A program made the position numbers and the translations under genes. The notes beneath the pieces were generated by a model. The model ran no database searches, had not been told where the DNA came from, and saw only the letters and a program-made list of their open reading frames with translations. DNA of 64,000 nt from Candidatus Latescibacterota bacterium (lineage in GTDB: Bacteria > Latescibacterota > UBA2968). The stretch is from assembly GCA_965198115.1 (NCBI GenBank), contig OZ240241.1:5280001-5344000 (forward strand), in the 5' to 3' direction. Positions 31,256-41,271 of the stretch are shown one piece after another. Each line of letters opens with the position of its first letter. The stretch's first letter is position 1.

Positions 31256-32686
31256 TTGAGCGATCAACCCAACATCTTCCTTTTCATCAGCGACCAGCAG
31301 CGCACCGACACGATGGCCTGCTACGGCAACGACTGGATCCAGTCGCCCCACATGGATGCGCTCGCGAGAGAGAGCTACGTGTTTGAGAACACCTACGTCA
31401 CCCAACCGGTGTGCACTGCCGCCCGTGGCTCTTTGATGACGGGGCTCTACCCCCACTCCCACGGCTGTGTGGTCAACAACATCCGGATGGAAGACGACAT
31501 TCGTTCGATCGCCGAGATGCTCCCGGATACCTACCACAAAGCCCATTTCGGAAAATGGCACCTCGGCGACGACGCTTTCTGCCAGCACGGTTTCGACGAG
31601 TGGATCAGCACGGAAGACGGTCGACGTCTGCGCTACTCGCGACCTGATCCACCCTACAGTGATTACCATCAGTGGCTCGTCGAGCAAGGGTTCGAACCGG
31701 AAGGTATTCTAGCCAACGGTGAAAAGCATTTCTCCCCCAAACAGCGCGCCACTCTACCCGCCGAATGCCAGATGGGCGCTTTTGTGGCCATCCATTGCGA
31801 TCGATTCATCCGTGAAAACACAGATCGTCCGTGGCTGCTCGTGTTCAGTACCTTCGAGCCTCATCCCCCCTACACAGGACCACACGACGGGCTCTACGAC
31901 CCCGACGAGATCCCGCTCGGCCCGACTTTCTTGAAGCACCCGGACGGTCACGCGCTCTACAACCGCGTCCGAGCCGAACATTACCCGAGGGTCACAGTCG
32001 ACGGCGAAGACCTGCGCAAAGAAGCCGGATGGCGCAAGCTCCGAGCGCAGTACTTCGGCAACGTGAAAATCGTCGACGATGCGGTGGGCAAGATGATGAA
32101 GGCCCTCGACGAGACCGGCCAGGCGGATCGCACGATCTTCGCCTTCACGAGCGACCACGGCGAGATGGCCGGCGATCACTCGATGTGGGAGAAGCGAGCT
32201 TTCTATGAGGAATCCGCTCACGTTCCGTTCCTGTTACGGGTACCGTGGATGAATAAGGTGCAGAACCGGATCCCAGGGGTATTCGGACACGCCGACCTCG
32301 TGCCGACCCTGCTCGATCTCGCGGATCTGCCGATTGCGGCAGAGTGTCAGGGCGAGAGTCTCGTAGCTGCTCTGGATGGCGAGCGAAGTCTGACCGACCA
32401 CCGTGCCTTTATGGAGTGGTATGGGATCGGCGATCGAAACCTTGGCAATCCACGGATCAACACGATGAACAGTCTTCAATGGCGATCGATCGTCACCGGA
32501 GACCGTTGGAAACTGAATCTATGCGCTGGAGATCAGTGCGAGCTCTTCGACCTCGATACGGATCCGTTCGAAGAACAGAACCTGTTCGATGACCCTTCAC
32601 AACGGGACCGAATCCGTGAGATGACCGCCCAAATTCGCGTCTGGCAACACGAAACGGATGACGTCGCGCCGCTGCCGGGCGTGTAA
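31256..32686 (+). CDS. Sulfatase (formylglycine-dependent)
   Basis: PNI..SDQQR, CTAARGSLMTG, GKWHLG, PHPP, SDHGE. Confidence 0.93.
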   Translation: MSDQPNIFLFISDQQRTDTMACYGNDWIQSPHMDALARESYVFENTYVTQPVCTAARGSLMTGLYPHSHGCVVNNIRMEDDIRSIAEMLPDTYHKAHFGKWHLGDDAFCQHGFDEWISTEDGRRLRYSRPDPPYSDYHQWLVEQGFEPEGILANGEKHFSPKQRATLPAECQMGAFVAIHCDRFIRENTDRPWLLVFSTFEPHPPYTGPHDGLYDPDEIPLGPTFLKHPDGHALYNRVRAEHYPRVTVDGEDLRKEAGWRKLRAQYFGNVKIVDDAVGKMMKALDETGQADRTIFAFTSDHGEMAGDHSMWEKRAFYEESAHVPFLLRVPWMNKVQNRIPGVFGHADLVPTLLDLADLPIAAECQGESLVAALDGERSLTDHRAFMEWYGIGDRNLGNPRINTMNSLQWRSIVTGDRWKLNLCAGDQCELFDLDTDPFEEQNLFDDPSQRDRIREMTAQIRVWQHETDDVAPLPGV

Positions 32687-32704
32687 CCTACTCGAAAGGA
32701 ATGC

Positions 32705-34357
32705 ATGATGATCAATGCGGCTGACGGAATCGTCAAAATCTTGCAGCAGGAAGGCGTCAAGTGGGTCTCGACTTTCCCGGTCTGTAAAATCAACAACGCG
32801 CTCGGCCGTGCAGGCGTCCCGATGATCATGATGCGTGACGATCGTTTCGCCATCGCGGTCGCCGACGCCTATACCCGAATTACGGGGGGCAACCCCATCG
32901 GTGTGTGCACGGTTCAGGGCGGTCTGAATGCAGCAGGGCTCCAGGTCGCCTATGCCGGACTCGCCCAGGCGTACGAGGACAACTCCCCAGTTCTCTGTCT
33001 CACGGATGGTCTCAGCATCGGGGGAACGGAAAACTCGCACTTCGATGTCACCACGAGTCTCAAGACCGTCAGCAAATGGTACGGCTACATCGATAAACCC
33101 GAACGCATCCCCGAATTTATGCGTCGTGCGTTTACAATGCTCCGCACCGGCCGGCCCGGCCCGGTCATCCTCGCCCTACCCGAAGCCGGCGGTGAGTATG
33201 ACGAAACGGTCGATCCCTACACGCCCGTGAAGGGTTGGAAGTCCGCACCCGATCCCTCCGACGTCAGCGCTGCTGTCGAGCTATTGAGTAAAGCCAAACG
33301 CCCACTCGTGTATGCGGGTGAAGGCGCCATCTATGCCCACGCGGCAGCAGAGCTCAAAGCGTTCGTCGAGCTCGCGAATGTTCCCGTCGTCACGACCCTC
33401 AAAGCGAAGGGCGTCTTCCCCGAGGACCATCCCCTGTTCTTAGGCGTTCGCGGCGATCACGTCATCGACTACCTCACAAAGAGCGACCTGATTGTGGCCG
33501 TCGGATCCAGCCTCTCGCCGGGCCGTTTCAGCCACCGCATTCCCGAGGCCATCGGAAAAACGATTGTTCACGTCAACGTCACCGAGCTGGACGTGAACAA
33601 GGTCTTCCCGACTGCGCACGCTTTGATCGGTGATGCGAGATTCTCCCTTCAGGCGTTGACAGACGAGCTCTCGAGCCAGACCGACGGAAGCGGTCTCGAT
33701 GCGGGTAGCACGGCCGCCGAGATCAAGTCCGCTCGCGACGAAGGACTCGCCCCCTATCGGGAAGCGATGGCATCGAATGATGTTCCCATCAACCCGTACC
33801 GGGTCTACGGCGAGCTGATGAACGTGCTCGATCCACATAAATCCTTCGTGACGCACGAATCGGGCAACACCCGCGATCAGCTCAGCACCATCTACGATAC
33901 GCTCGTCCCCCGCGGGTTCCTGGGTTGGGGTAACGTCTCCTCGCTCGGGTTTAGTATGGGTGCCATTCTGGGTGCCAAACTCGCCCACCCCGATCACTAT
34001 TCCGTTGGTGTCACGGGCGAAGCCGGGCTCGGCTACTTCATGGGCAACCTCGAAGTGCCCGTTCGCGAGAAGCTACCCATTGTCGTGGTCCACATCAGCA
34101 ATGGTGGCTTCGCCGGCTACGGACCTGGTTTCTGGGGCGAGGGCCACGACCCCTACACCCACGTCGTCATGGGTTCCGACGAAGTCAACATGCCCAAAGC
34201 CATCGCCGAATTCGGCTATCACACGGAACGCGTCGAGGAACCCGACGATGTAAAAGCCGCTCTCGAGCGCGCACTCGCAGCGAACGACAAGGGCCAGTCC
34301 TCCTACATCGAATTCGTGTGCAGCCAATTCCCCGTCTACGGCGCCTGGGCCCGGTAA
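32705..34357 (+). CDS. Thiamine diphosphate-dependent enzyme (acetolactate synthase-like superfamily)
   Basis: ADAYTR, RRAF..LRTGRPGPV, KGVFPEDHPL, variant ThDP motif GEA..SNG. Confidence 0.9.
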   Translation: MMINAADGIVKILQQEGVKWVSTFPVCKINNALGRAGVPMIMMRDDRFAIAVADAYTRITGGNPIGVCTVQGGLNAAGLQVAYAGLAQAYEDNSPVLCLTDGLSIGGTENSHFDVTTSLKTVSKWYGYIDKPERIPEFMRRAFTMLRTGRPGPVILALPEAGGEYDETVDPYTPVKGWKSAPDPSDVSAAVELLSKAKRPLVYAGEGAIYAHAAAELKAFVELANVPVVTTLKAKGVFPEDHPLFLGVRGDHVIDYLTKSDLIVAVGSSLSPGRFSHRIPEAIGKTIVHVNVTELDVNKVFPTAHALIGDARFSLQALTDELSSQTDGSGLDAGSTAAEIKSARDEGLAPYREAMASNDVPINPYRVYGELMNVLDPHKSFVTHESGNTRDQLSTIYDTLVPRGFLGWGNVSSLGFSMGAILGAKLAHPDHYSVGVTGEAGLGYFMGNLEVPVREKLPIVVVHISNGGFAGYGPGFWGEGHDPYTHVVMGSDEVNMPKAIAEFGYHTERVEEPDDVKAALERALAANDKGQSSYIEFVCSQFPVYGAWAR

Positions 34358-34519
34358 CAGTCCACAGACCGCATCCCTACCGTTCATCCTGAGTAGGGGC
34401 ATAGTGGCACCACAGGTCTGTCCGTTGTGAAGGACTACAGTCCCCGTATCGAAGGGCGAACGGTAGGCTTCAATAATGAATCCTCCTTTCTGACGACTGA
34501 CAACTCAATAGGAATCACC

Positions 34520-35305
34520 ATCGCGTCTTCAAGATTCAAGGATCGCACAGTCGTCATCACCGGCGGCGCAAGCGGCATCGGCGAAGCCTGCGCGAGAGAG
34601 TTCGCTCGTGACGGTGCCCATGTCGCCATCGCCGACATCAACCTCGAGGCGGCGAGTGAAGTCGCGGAAAGCCTGGAGGGACAGGCCGTCCACGTAGATG
34701 TCCGTTCCGAGGAGTCCGTGAATGCCGCCGCCGAATCGATCGAACTGGATATCGGCGACGTCGACATCCTCGTCACGAGTGCAGGCGTTCTACAATCTCC
34801 CCTGCCCCCTCACGAATTGGATCTTGACGAATTCGACCGCGTAATGAACATCGACCAGCGGGGGACGTATCTTACGTGCCGTGCTTTCGGAACGCGGATG
34901 GCGCAGCGAGGGGCCGGCGCGATCGTCAACATCGCCTCCGTCGCCGGTCTACGGTCGACCCCGCTCCACAGCTACACGCCGGCCAAGGCGGCCGTCATCG
35001 CCCTCACCGAATGTTTGGCTGCCGAATGGGGGCGGTCCGGTGTGCGCGTCAACGCTGTTTCGCCCGGCCACACTCTGACGCCAGCCATGCAGGCCGCCGT
35101 CGACGCCGGTGAACGCGATCTCGAAGCCTTGTCCGCCAACACCGCCCTAGGCAGACTGGTCACACCCGAGGATATCGCCGACGCAGTCTGCTTCCTTGCC
35201 AGCGACGATGCCCGCGCAATTACAGGAATCAGTCTTCCCATCGACGCGGGCTGGCTCGTCGCCGGCTCCTGGAACTCATACGGAGGCGTACGCAGTGCCT
35301 ACTGA
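34520..35305 (+). CDS. SDR family oxidoreductase (start uncertain)
   Basis: TGGASGIG, YTPAK, RVNAVSPG. The upstream GTG 34427 lies inside a repeat; ATC 34520 follows AGGA. Confidence 0.88.
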   Translation: MASSRFKDRTVVITGGASGIGEACAREFARDGAHVAIADINLEAASEVAESLEGQAVHVDVRSEESVNAAAESIELDIGDVDILVTSAGVLQSPLPPHELDLDEFDRVMNIDQRGTYLTCRAFGTRMAQRGAGAIVNIASVAGLRSTPLHSYTPAKAAVIALTECLAAEWGRSGVRVNAVSPGHTLTPAMQAAVDAGERDLEALSANTALGRLVTPEDIADAVCFLASDDARAITGISLPIDAGWLVAGSWNSYGGVRSAY

Positions 35306-37061
35306 CATTGTCGATCTCTATGCTGACCGGTGGTTGTCCTCTGAGCCGACGTATCTCACATCCATGGACCGTTCTACGCCTTCATCGTTGCTGGCCGACG
35401 ACGACACGCATCGCCACTGGCGTGTGATGGACTACCGGGGACCTGATCTTTCCGGCAAGGCACTCGTCGCGGGTGTCGAAACCGAAGCACCCCCGATCAC
35501 CCTACCGCTCGACGTGCGTGGCTGGCACGCCATCTCGATCGGTGTGTGGCGTCTAAAGGACTGGTACCTCGCAGGCGACGGTGCGCCACACCTCCTGGCA
35601 AAGCTGACAGGCGAGGACACCTACGCGAGCCTCCGCCTGCCCACCCGTCCGGAGCCTTCCGATCTCGTTGGCGACTGGCATATGTGGACCGGCGAAGAGG
35701 AGCTCTCCGAATGCTTCTGGCGCATCGCCGAGCTCGATGGTCAGAATCTCGAGATTGCCCAGCCCAGTTGGATCGAAACGGGTCGAGACGGGGCCCAGAT
35801 CGTCAAGTGTGCCCTCAGCAACATCGCCTACGTCAAGCTCGTCCCGATGACCGACGCCGAAGTTCAACGCGTCAGTAAGGCCCCGGCGGCTGAGATCCCT
35901 CTTTACGCTCACAACGACGTGATGCTCGGCTACGCCAACACGCCAGAGGAGTTGCGCCGCGACATCCTTCCCTTCGGCGACTCCGACTTCACCCGGACCT
36001 ACTGGGAAGGTGCAATGGGCGACCTGTCGTCCTACTTCAAAACGCGCAACCGAACCCTCGAAGCGCCAGGTCGTGACGTCTTTTTTCATACCCACGCACG
36101 CCTGGAAGCAGAGGGTTGGCGACGCTGGCGCGAAAGCGGAAACGACCCGCTCCAGGTCGCCGCCGATGCCACGCACGACCTGGGCATGGAATTCCACGTA
36201 ACCCATCGGCTCGGAGGCTTCCGTCAGTCGCCAGTTCACGACTACTGGGACCACAACGACTCGCTCTACAAACAGCATCCTGAGTGGCGCGGCCGAGACC
36301 GCGAGGGGGCAGAGTCCGCTCGACTCTCTTTCGCGTATCCCGGAGTGCGAGAACACGTGATTGAAACGTATCGAGAGATGGTCGCCTACGGAATCGATGG
36401 CGTATGCCTGCTCTACAACCGTCGCCATCCCCTGGTGGAATTCGAGCCGCCTCTCGTCGACGGATTCCGCGAGCAGCATGGTAAGGACCCGCACGATATC
36501 GACGAGGACGACCCGACGTGGCTTCGCTACCGAGCCGGCGTTCTGACAGGATTTATGCGTGAACTTCGCGACGCGCTCAATCTTCCGGTTACCGCCATCG
36601 TGATGAGCAACGAGCAGGAAAACCTCGCACAGGCGCTCGACCCTAAAGGCTGGATCGCTGCCGGTGTTGTCGATACCTTGGTCCCCTACACGGATCATCC
36701 CGAATGGAACCACTCCGCCTTCTCGTGGCAGAACCCCGAAGCGCTACAACCGTATGTCGAGCTTACGAAAGGCACGGCGTGCGAGCTCGCGCCCTGCTTC
36801 CACACGCCCGCGATGAAGGCCGAAGACTATCGCAATACCGCCGCGGGTCTCGCCGAACGGGGCGCCGATGCCTTCTTCTTCTGGTGGGGCGACACGGGTT
36901 CGATGGCCCATTACGGGCCTGAATGGAGCGCGGGCAAAAGGCTGGGTCATATCAAGGAAATCGAGGCGTGGAAAGCAGCGGGTTCCCCTTCATTGAACGA
37001 GCCCGCCTACCCGATCGACGTCCTGAACGGCTGGCACAGCAGATACGTCACACCGGCTTGA
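35295..37061 (+). CDS. GHL10/DUF187-like TIM-barrel protein
   Basis: HPEW, SFAYPGVR, YGIDG, FMRELR pattern shared with 58205..59916. GTG start after GGAGG. Confidence 0.6.
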   Translation: MPTDIVDLYADRWLSSEPTYLTSMDRSTPSSLLADDDTHRHWRVMDYRGPDLSGKALVAGVETEAPPITLPLDVRGWHAISIGVWRLKDWYLAGDGAPHLLAKLTGEDTYASLRLPTRPEPSDLVGDWHMWTGEEELSECFWRIAELDGQNLEIAQPSWIETGRDGAQIVKCALSNIAYVKLVPMTDAEVQRVSKAPAAEIPLYAHNDVMLGYANTPEELRRDILPFGDSDFTRTYWEGAMGDLSSYFKTRNRTLEAPGRDVFFHTHARLEAEGWRRWRESGNDPLQVAADATHDLGMEFHVTHRLGGFRQSPVHDYWDHNDSLYKQHPEWRGRDREGAESARLSFAYPGVREHVIETYREMVAYGIDGVCLLYNRRHPLVEFEPPLVDGFREQHGKDPHDIDEDDPTWLRYRAGVLTGFMRELRDALNLPVTAIVMSNEQENLAQALDPKGWIAAGVVDTLVPYTDHPEWNHSAFSWQNPEALQPYVELTKGTACELAPCFHTPAMKAEDYRNTAAGLAERGADAFFFWWGDTGSMAHYGPEWSAGKRLGHIKEIEAWKAAGSPSLNEPAYPIDVLNGWHSRYVTPA

Positions 37062-37173
37062 TGGGCTAGCCCTAAAGGGACGAAGTAACGCAGGTCACTT
37101 CGAGCGGAGTCGAGAAGTCCCTCCTCCGCCGACACACTGGGCGCGTTGTCACATAACATGCTAAGGAATCCCC

Positions 37174-38358
37174 ATGAAAATCACCGACATCCGTCTCACC
37201 CCGCTCAAGATCCCATCCGAGAAGCAGGAACATAAGCACCACTCGGTCAACCCGATCCATCGGTTCGCCGATCTCAGATATGACGGGCCGGGCAGGCCCC
37301 GCCCCGACGCACCCAACGTTCTGGTTGTTCACGTCGACACGGACGAAGGCGTCTCCGGGTTTTCCTATGGCGGCCACTCCCTCCCTGGGGCCTATCCCAT
37401 CATCGAACAGGTCCTCAAACCCATCGTTCTGGGTGAAGACCCGATGCGAACGGACTGGCTGTGGGAGAAGATGTTCAGTGTTTGCATTGGACAGTCCGGA
37501 CCTGGCGTGACCAGCAAGGCGATCAGCTTCATCGACACCGCGCTTTGGGATCTCAAAGGCAAAGTTTTGAATCAACCCGTCTACAACCTGCTAGGCGGTA
37601 AGACGAAGGACAAAATCCGAGTCTACGCCAGCCACCTCTACGCCTACGCCACCGAAAGGGGCGATCCCGACCTCGGCGTGCTCAAGGAAGAGGCGGCGAT
37701 GTATGTGGAACAGGGATTCACGGCCGTCAAACAACGCTTCGGCTTCGGTCCGTGGGACGGCCTCGAAGGCATGAAAAAGAACCACTCTCTCGTCAAGGCA
37801 CTGCGCGAAACGATCGGCGACGACATCGAGCAGGCAGTCGACGGCACACGCTCGTTCGAGGCCGACTACGCCATCCAGATGGCACGGATGGTCGAAGACT
37901 ACAACCTCAGTTGGTTCGAAGAGCCCGTGCAGCCGGACGATTGGGAGGGTTACGTCAAAGTACGCGAGGCCGCCTCGATGCCCATATCAGGCGGGGAGAA
38001 CGAACACAGCAAAGGCGCCTTCGCCAAATGGTTGAAGATGGGATGCGCTGACATCTGGCAGCCAGACGTCGATCGGTGCGCCGGCGTCACAGAAGTCATG
38101 AAAATCGTCCACATGGCCGAAGCCAACCGGATCCCCATCATCCCCCACGGCGGGTGGATGACGAATTTCCACATCGTCATGTCCAACATGACCTGTCCGA
38201 TGGCCGAATACTTCCCTTATATGTCCAGGAACATCTCGGACAACCTCTTCATCGACCATCCGGTGGCCGTGAATGGTTACATCGAACTCTGCGACAAGCC
38301 CGGATTCGGCCTAGAGCTGAACGAGGATACCATTAAGCGATTCAAGTGGGATGGGTAG
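37174..38358 (+). CDS. Enolase-superfamily acid-sugar dehydratase (rhamnonate dehydratase-like)
   Basis: DTALWDLKGK, KQRFGFGP, D/WFEEP/GENE metal ligands, QPD, PHG. Confidence 0.88.
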   Translation: MKITDIRLTPLKIPSEKQEHKHHSVNPIHRFADLRYDGPGRPRPDAPNVLVVHVDTDEGVSGFSYGGHSLPGAYPIIEQVLKPIVLGEDPMRTDWLWEKMFSVCIGQSGPGVTSKAISFIDTALWDLKGKVLNQPVYNLLGGKTKDKIRVYASHLYAYATERGDPDLGVLKEEAAMYVEQGFTAVKQRFGFGPWDGLEGMKKNHSLVKALRETIGDDIEQAVDGTRSFEADYAIQMARMVEDYNLSWFEEPVQPDDWEGYVKVREAASMPISGGENEHSKGAFAKWLKMGCADIWQPDVDRCAGVTEVMKIVHMAEANRIPIIPHGGWMTNFHIVMSNMTCPMAEYFPYMSRNISDNLFIDHPVAVNGYIELCDKPGFGLELNEDTIKRFKWDG

Positions 38359-38360
38359 AG

Positions 38361-38494
38361 GCGCCCCCGTGCAGAGCACGGGGGCGAGCGAGGTCAACGA
38401 CGTTAAACCGGCCCAGGTTCTATCGCATCCGCTAGCTACCGGGCCCACCAAGGTTCACTGCGAGAGCTTGTCCCCGTGCTCTGCACGGGGACAC
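38361..38494 (+). repeat. Family A copy 2
   Basis: cccccgtgcagagcacggggg ... gtccccgtgctctgcacggggac. Confidence 0.85.
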
Positions 38495-38544
38495 TATAGA
38501 GGGCCTCGTCTTTCTCTGCGTTCTCTGTGTTGAAAGGTTCTGAA

Positions 38545-39513
38545 ATGAAAGTTCTGATGCGCCAAGGCGACCTCTCCTCCGAATACCTCCGCTTCCTCGT
38601 CCAGATCGGCTGCGACGGCATCGACATCCACAACGCCGAGAGTGTACCCGGGCTGGCCGAGAACGGATATCCCCATCTGGAAGAGTTCCGCGTGCTGCTA
38701 AGACGGGTCAACGACGCCGACCTCGAAGTCTATCGGGTTGCGCCAGCTGAGCCCCAGCAGTTCCTCCTCGGGGAACCGGGCGGGGAGGAGCAACTCGACC
38801 AACTGGTCAAGACGGTCGAGATACTCGGGCAGCTCGGGATCCCGTTCATGTCGATGCCCGTCCACATGTCTCAGACGCCGAGGGGTCGCCATTTCAACCC
38901 GGCTTTCCGAGGCGGATACCGCCAGGAGTTCCGTGGTGGCTACGCGATGGGTGGCTTCAAGGTCGAGCGGATGGAGAAGAGCATCGCCGAACAGCCGCTA
39001 GAGCCGTTCTCGGTCGAAGAACACTGGAACCGCTGTGTCCAGATGTACGAACGGCTCGTTCCCGTCGCGGAAAACTACAACGTGAAGCTCATCATCCACC
39101 CCTCCGATCCGCCACTGGACGCCGCCGAGTTCTCTCCACAACGCTGGACAGGCATCCTCGAGGCCGTGCCGAGCGATCACAGCGGACTCCTCTATTGCAT
39201 CGGGACGCGCATCGAGGCGGTGGGTGACGGCATCCTCGACGACATCCGCCATTGGGGCGGAAAGGGAAAGATCTTTCACACACACTTCAGGAACGTGCAG
39301 GGTAACCTCCCGGCCGGCGGCTACGCCGAATGCGCACTCGACGATGGCGACGTTAACATGTTCACCGTCCTCCAGACGCTCCAGGAAATCGGCTTCGACG
39401 GCGGCCTCCAGATGGACCACGTGCCCGATTACTCGGACGACGGGGAACAGCGGACTGCGATTTCCTACGCCGTAGCCTACACGAAAGGACTCCTCAAGGC
39501 GCTCGAAGTGTGA
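38545..39513 (+). CDS. Mannonate dehydratase (UxuA)-like protein
   Basis: PVAE..VKLIIHPSDPP, KIFHTHFRNV, DDGDVNM, DHVP. Confidence 0.85.
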   Translation: MKVLMRQGDLSSEYLRFLVQIGCDGIDIHNAESVPGLAENGYPHLEEFRVLLRRVNDADLEVYRVAPAEPQQFLLGEPGGEEQLDQLVKTVEILGQLGIPFMSMPVHMSQTPRGRHFNPAFRGGYRQEFRGGYAMGGFKVERMEKSIAEQPLEPFSVEEHWNRCVQMYERLVPVAENYNVKLIIHPSDPPLDAAEFSPQRWTGILEAVPSDHSGLLYCIGTRIEAVGDGILDDIRHWGGKGKIFHTHFRNVQGNLPAGGYAECALDDGDVNMFTVLQTLQEIGFDGGLQMDHVPDYSDDGEQRTAISYAVAYTKGLLKALEV

Positions 39514-39515
39514 GT

Positions 39516-39648
39516 GCACCCCTCGCGCGGAGCAAGGGGGCGAGTATGTGGGGGTTGCATTAAACGGGGCCGGTCATAGCGAGACCCAAAGGACCGGCCC
39601 ATCAGCAAACTAGCGCTACGCTTGTCCCTGTGCTCCGCACGGGGACAC
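39516..39648 (+). repeat. Family A copy 3
   Basis: Same architecture as copies 1 and 2. Confidence 0.8.
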
Positions 39649-39662
39649 TGTGAGGATTCCGC

Positions 39663-41090
39663 ATGACGAACACACCCATCCACATCGGCGATCGCCGCGA
39701 GCTGTTCGTCGATGATCACCTGATCGAGTCGATGACCGATGGAGCCGAGTTGCGACTCCACCATCCTGTCGAGCAAACCGACACCTTCACCTGCGACATG
39801 CCGTGGGAAGGTGATTGGTCGGGCAGCGCGACCTTCATCCAGGATGGCGACAGATATCTGATGTACTATCGAGGCTCGACCTGGCCCGGGGTTCGTCAGC
39901 CTTATCAGTTCTACCAGTGCTACGCCGAAAGCGATGACGGCATCAACTGGACGCGGCCCGAATTGGGACTCGTCGAATTCGAGGGTTCCAAGACCAACAA
40001 CATCATCGTCAAGAAAAACGGTGCATTCGAGCCGTTCCTGGACACGAATCCTGACTGCGACCTCGACCAGCGATTCAAAGCGCTCATAGCGAACGACGCC
40101 CTCCACGCCTGGGCCTCTCCCGACGGAATCCGGTGGGGACCTGTCCGAGGAAAACCCATCATCACCCTCGGGTCCTTCGACTCGCAGAACGTGGCCTTCT
40201 GGGACTCGACTCGCGATCGGTATGTCGCCTACTATCGCGAGACGCGAGGGCCCAACGACGAGATCAAACCGGAGGGTCGTCAACTTGGGCTCGATCCGGA
40301 TGGCTTCGCGCGCGATGTTTTGACCTGCACCTCGAACGACTTCCTGAACTGGACCGAGCCTCAATGGCTCCAGTATCCCGGTGCGCCGCGTGAACAGATT
40401 TATCTCAATCAAATCCGGGCATACCACCGAGCGCCGCACATCTTCGTCGGCTTCCCTGGACGGTTTATGGCAGGTCGAGAAATCGAAAAGGGTCTCCCAA
40501 CGACGGAGCATCCGGCGTATGAAACTGCGAACATGACCGAGACCCTCTTCATGTCCAGCCGCGATGGCCTTCACTTCAAACGATGGGGCGAAGCCTTCAT
40601 CCGTCCCGGTCTCCGCAAGGAACGTTGGATATACGGTGCCACCTTCCCCGAGTACGGTCTGCTCGTCACAAAGTCCGGCATCCAGGACACGCCCGACGAA
40701 CTTTCTCTCTACGTCAACGATGGTGGCGGTTGGTCCCAGCGAGGCACGGCATCCCGATGGCGACGCTACACGATCCGGATGGACGGCTTTGTCTCTGTCA
40801 ACGCTCCGCTGAGCGGCGGCACGTTCCTCACCAAACCATTCACGTTCAATGGCAACATGCTCACGATGAACTACGCCACCTCCGCCGCCGGCAGCATCCA
40901 GGTCGAATTGCAGGATACCGAGGGCCACGCCTTTCCTGGTTTCGAGCTGACGGACGTGATCTATGGCGATCAGATCGACGGCCCCATCGCGTGGGATGAC
41001 AATCCTAACCTGAAGCAGCTGTCAGGAAAACCCGTTCGTCTTCGCGTGTTATTCAAAGACGCAGACCTCTACTCGTTTCGATTCACGTAG
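39663..41090 (+). CDS. Hypothetical five-bladed propeller (GH32/43-like) protein
   Basis: RELFVDD, YAESDDGINWTRPELG, SPDGIRW, SRDGLHF, RMDGFVS; paralog of 52404..53819. Confidence 0.7.
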   Translation: MTNTPIHIGDRRELFVDDHLIESMTDGAELRLHHPVEQTDTFTCDMPWEGDWSGSATFIQDGDRYLMYYRGSTWPGVRQPYQFYQCYAESDDGINWTRPELGLVEFEGSKTNNIIVKKNGAFEPFLDTNPDCDLDQRFKALIANDALHAWASPDGIRWGPVRGKPIITLGSFDSQNVAFWDSTRDRYVAYYRETRGPNDEIKPEGRQLGLDPDGFARDVLTCTSNDFLNWTEPQWLQYPGAPREQIYLNQIRAYHRAPHIFVGFPGRFMAGREIEKGLPTTEHPAYETANMTETLFMSSRDGLHFKRWGEAFIRPGLRKERWIYGATFPEYGLLVTKSGIQDTPDELSLYVNDGGGWSQRGTASRWRRYTIRMDGFVSVNAPLSGGTFLTKPFTFNGNMLTMNYATSAAGSIQVELQDTEGHAFPGFELTDVIYGDQIDGPIAWDDNPNLKQLSGKPVRLRVLFKDADLYSFRFT

Positions 41091-41271
41091 CACGGTAGGT
41101 GGTTTCCGCCCTGAAGGGGCGGCAGAACATAGCCCAGGGCGCCCGACCACCGAAGGTGGGCAAGCCCTGGGTCAAAGCGACGCAAAGACAAGAACGCGCG
41201 CCACCGTCGCGACAGGTATGTCAGGTAGATGGAATAGGCGGCGCACTGTCACGAAGACACGGAGAGAACCA

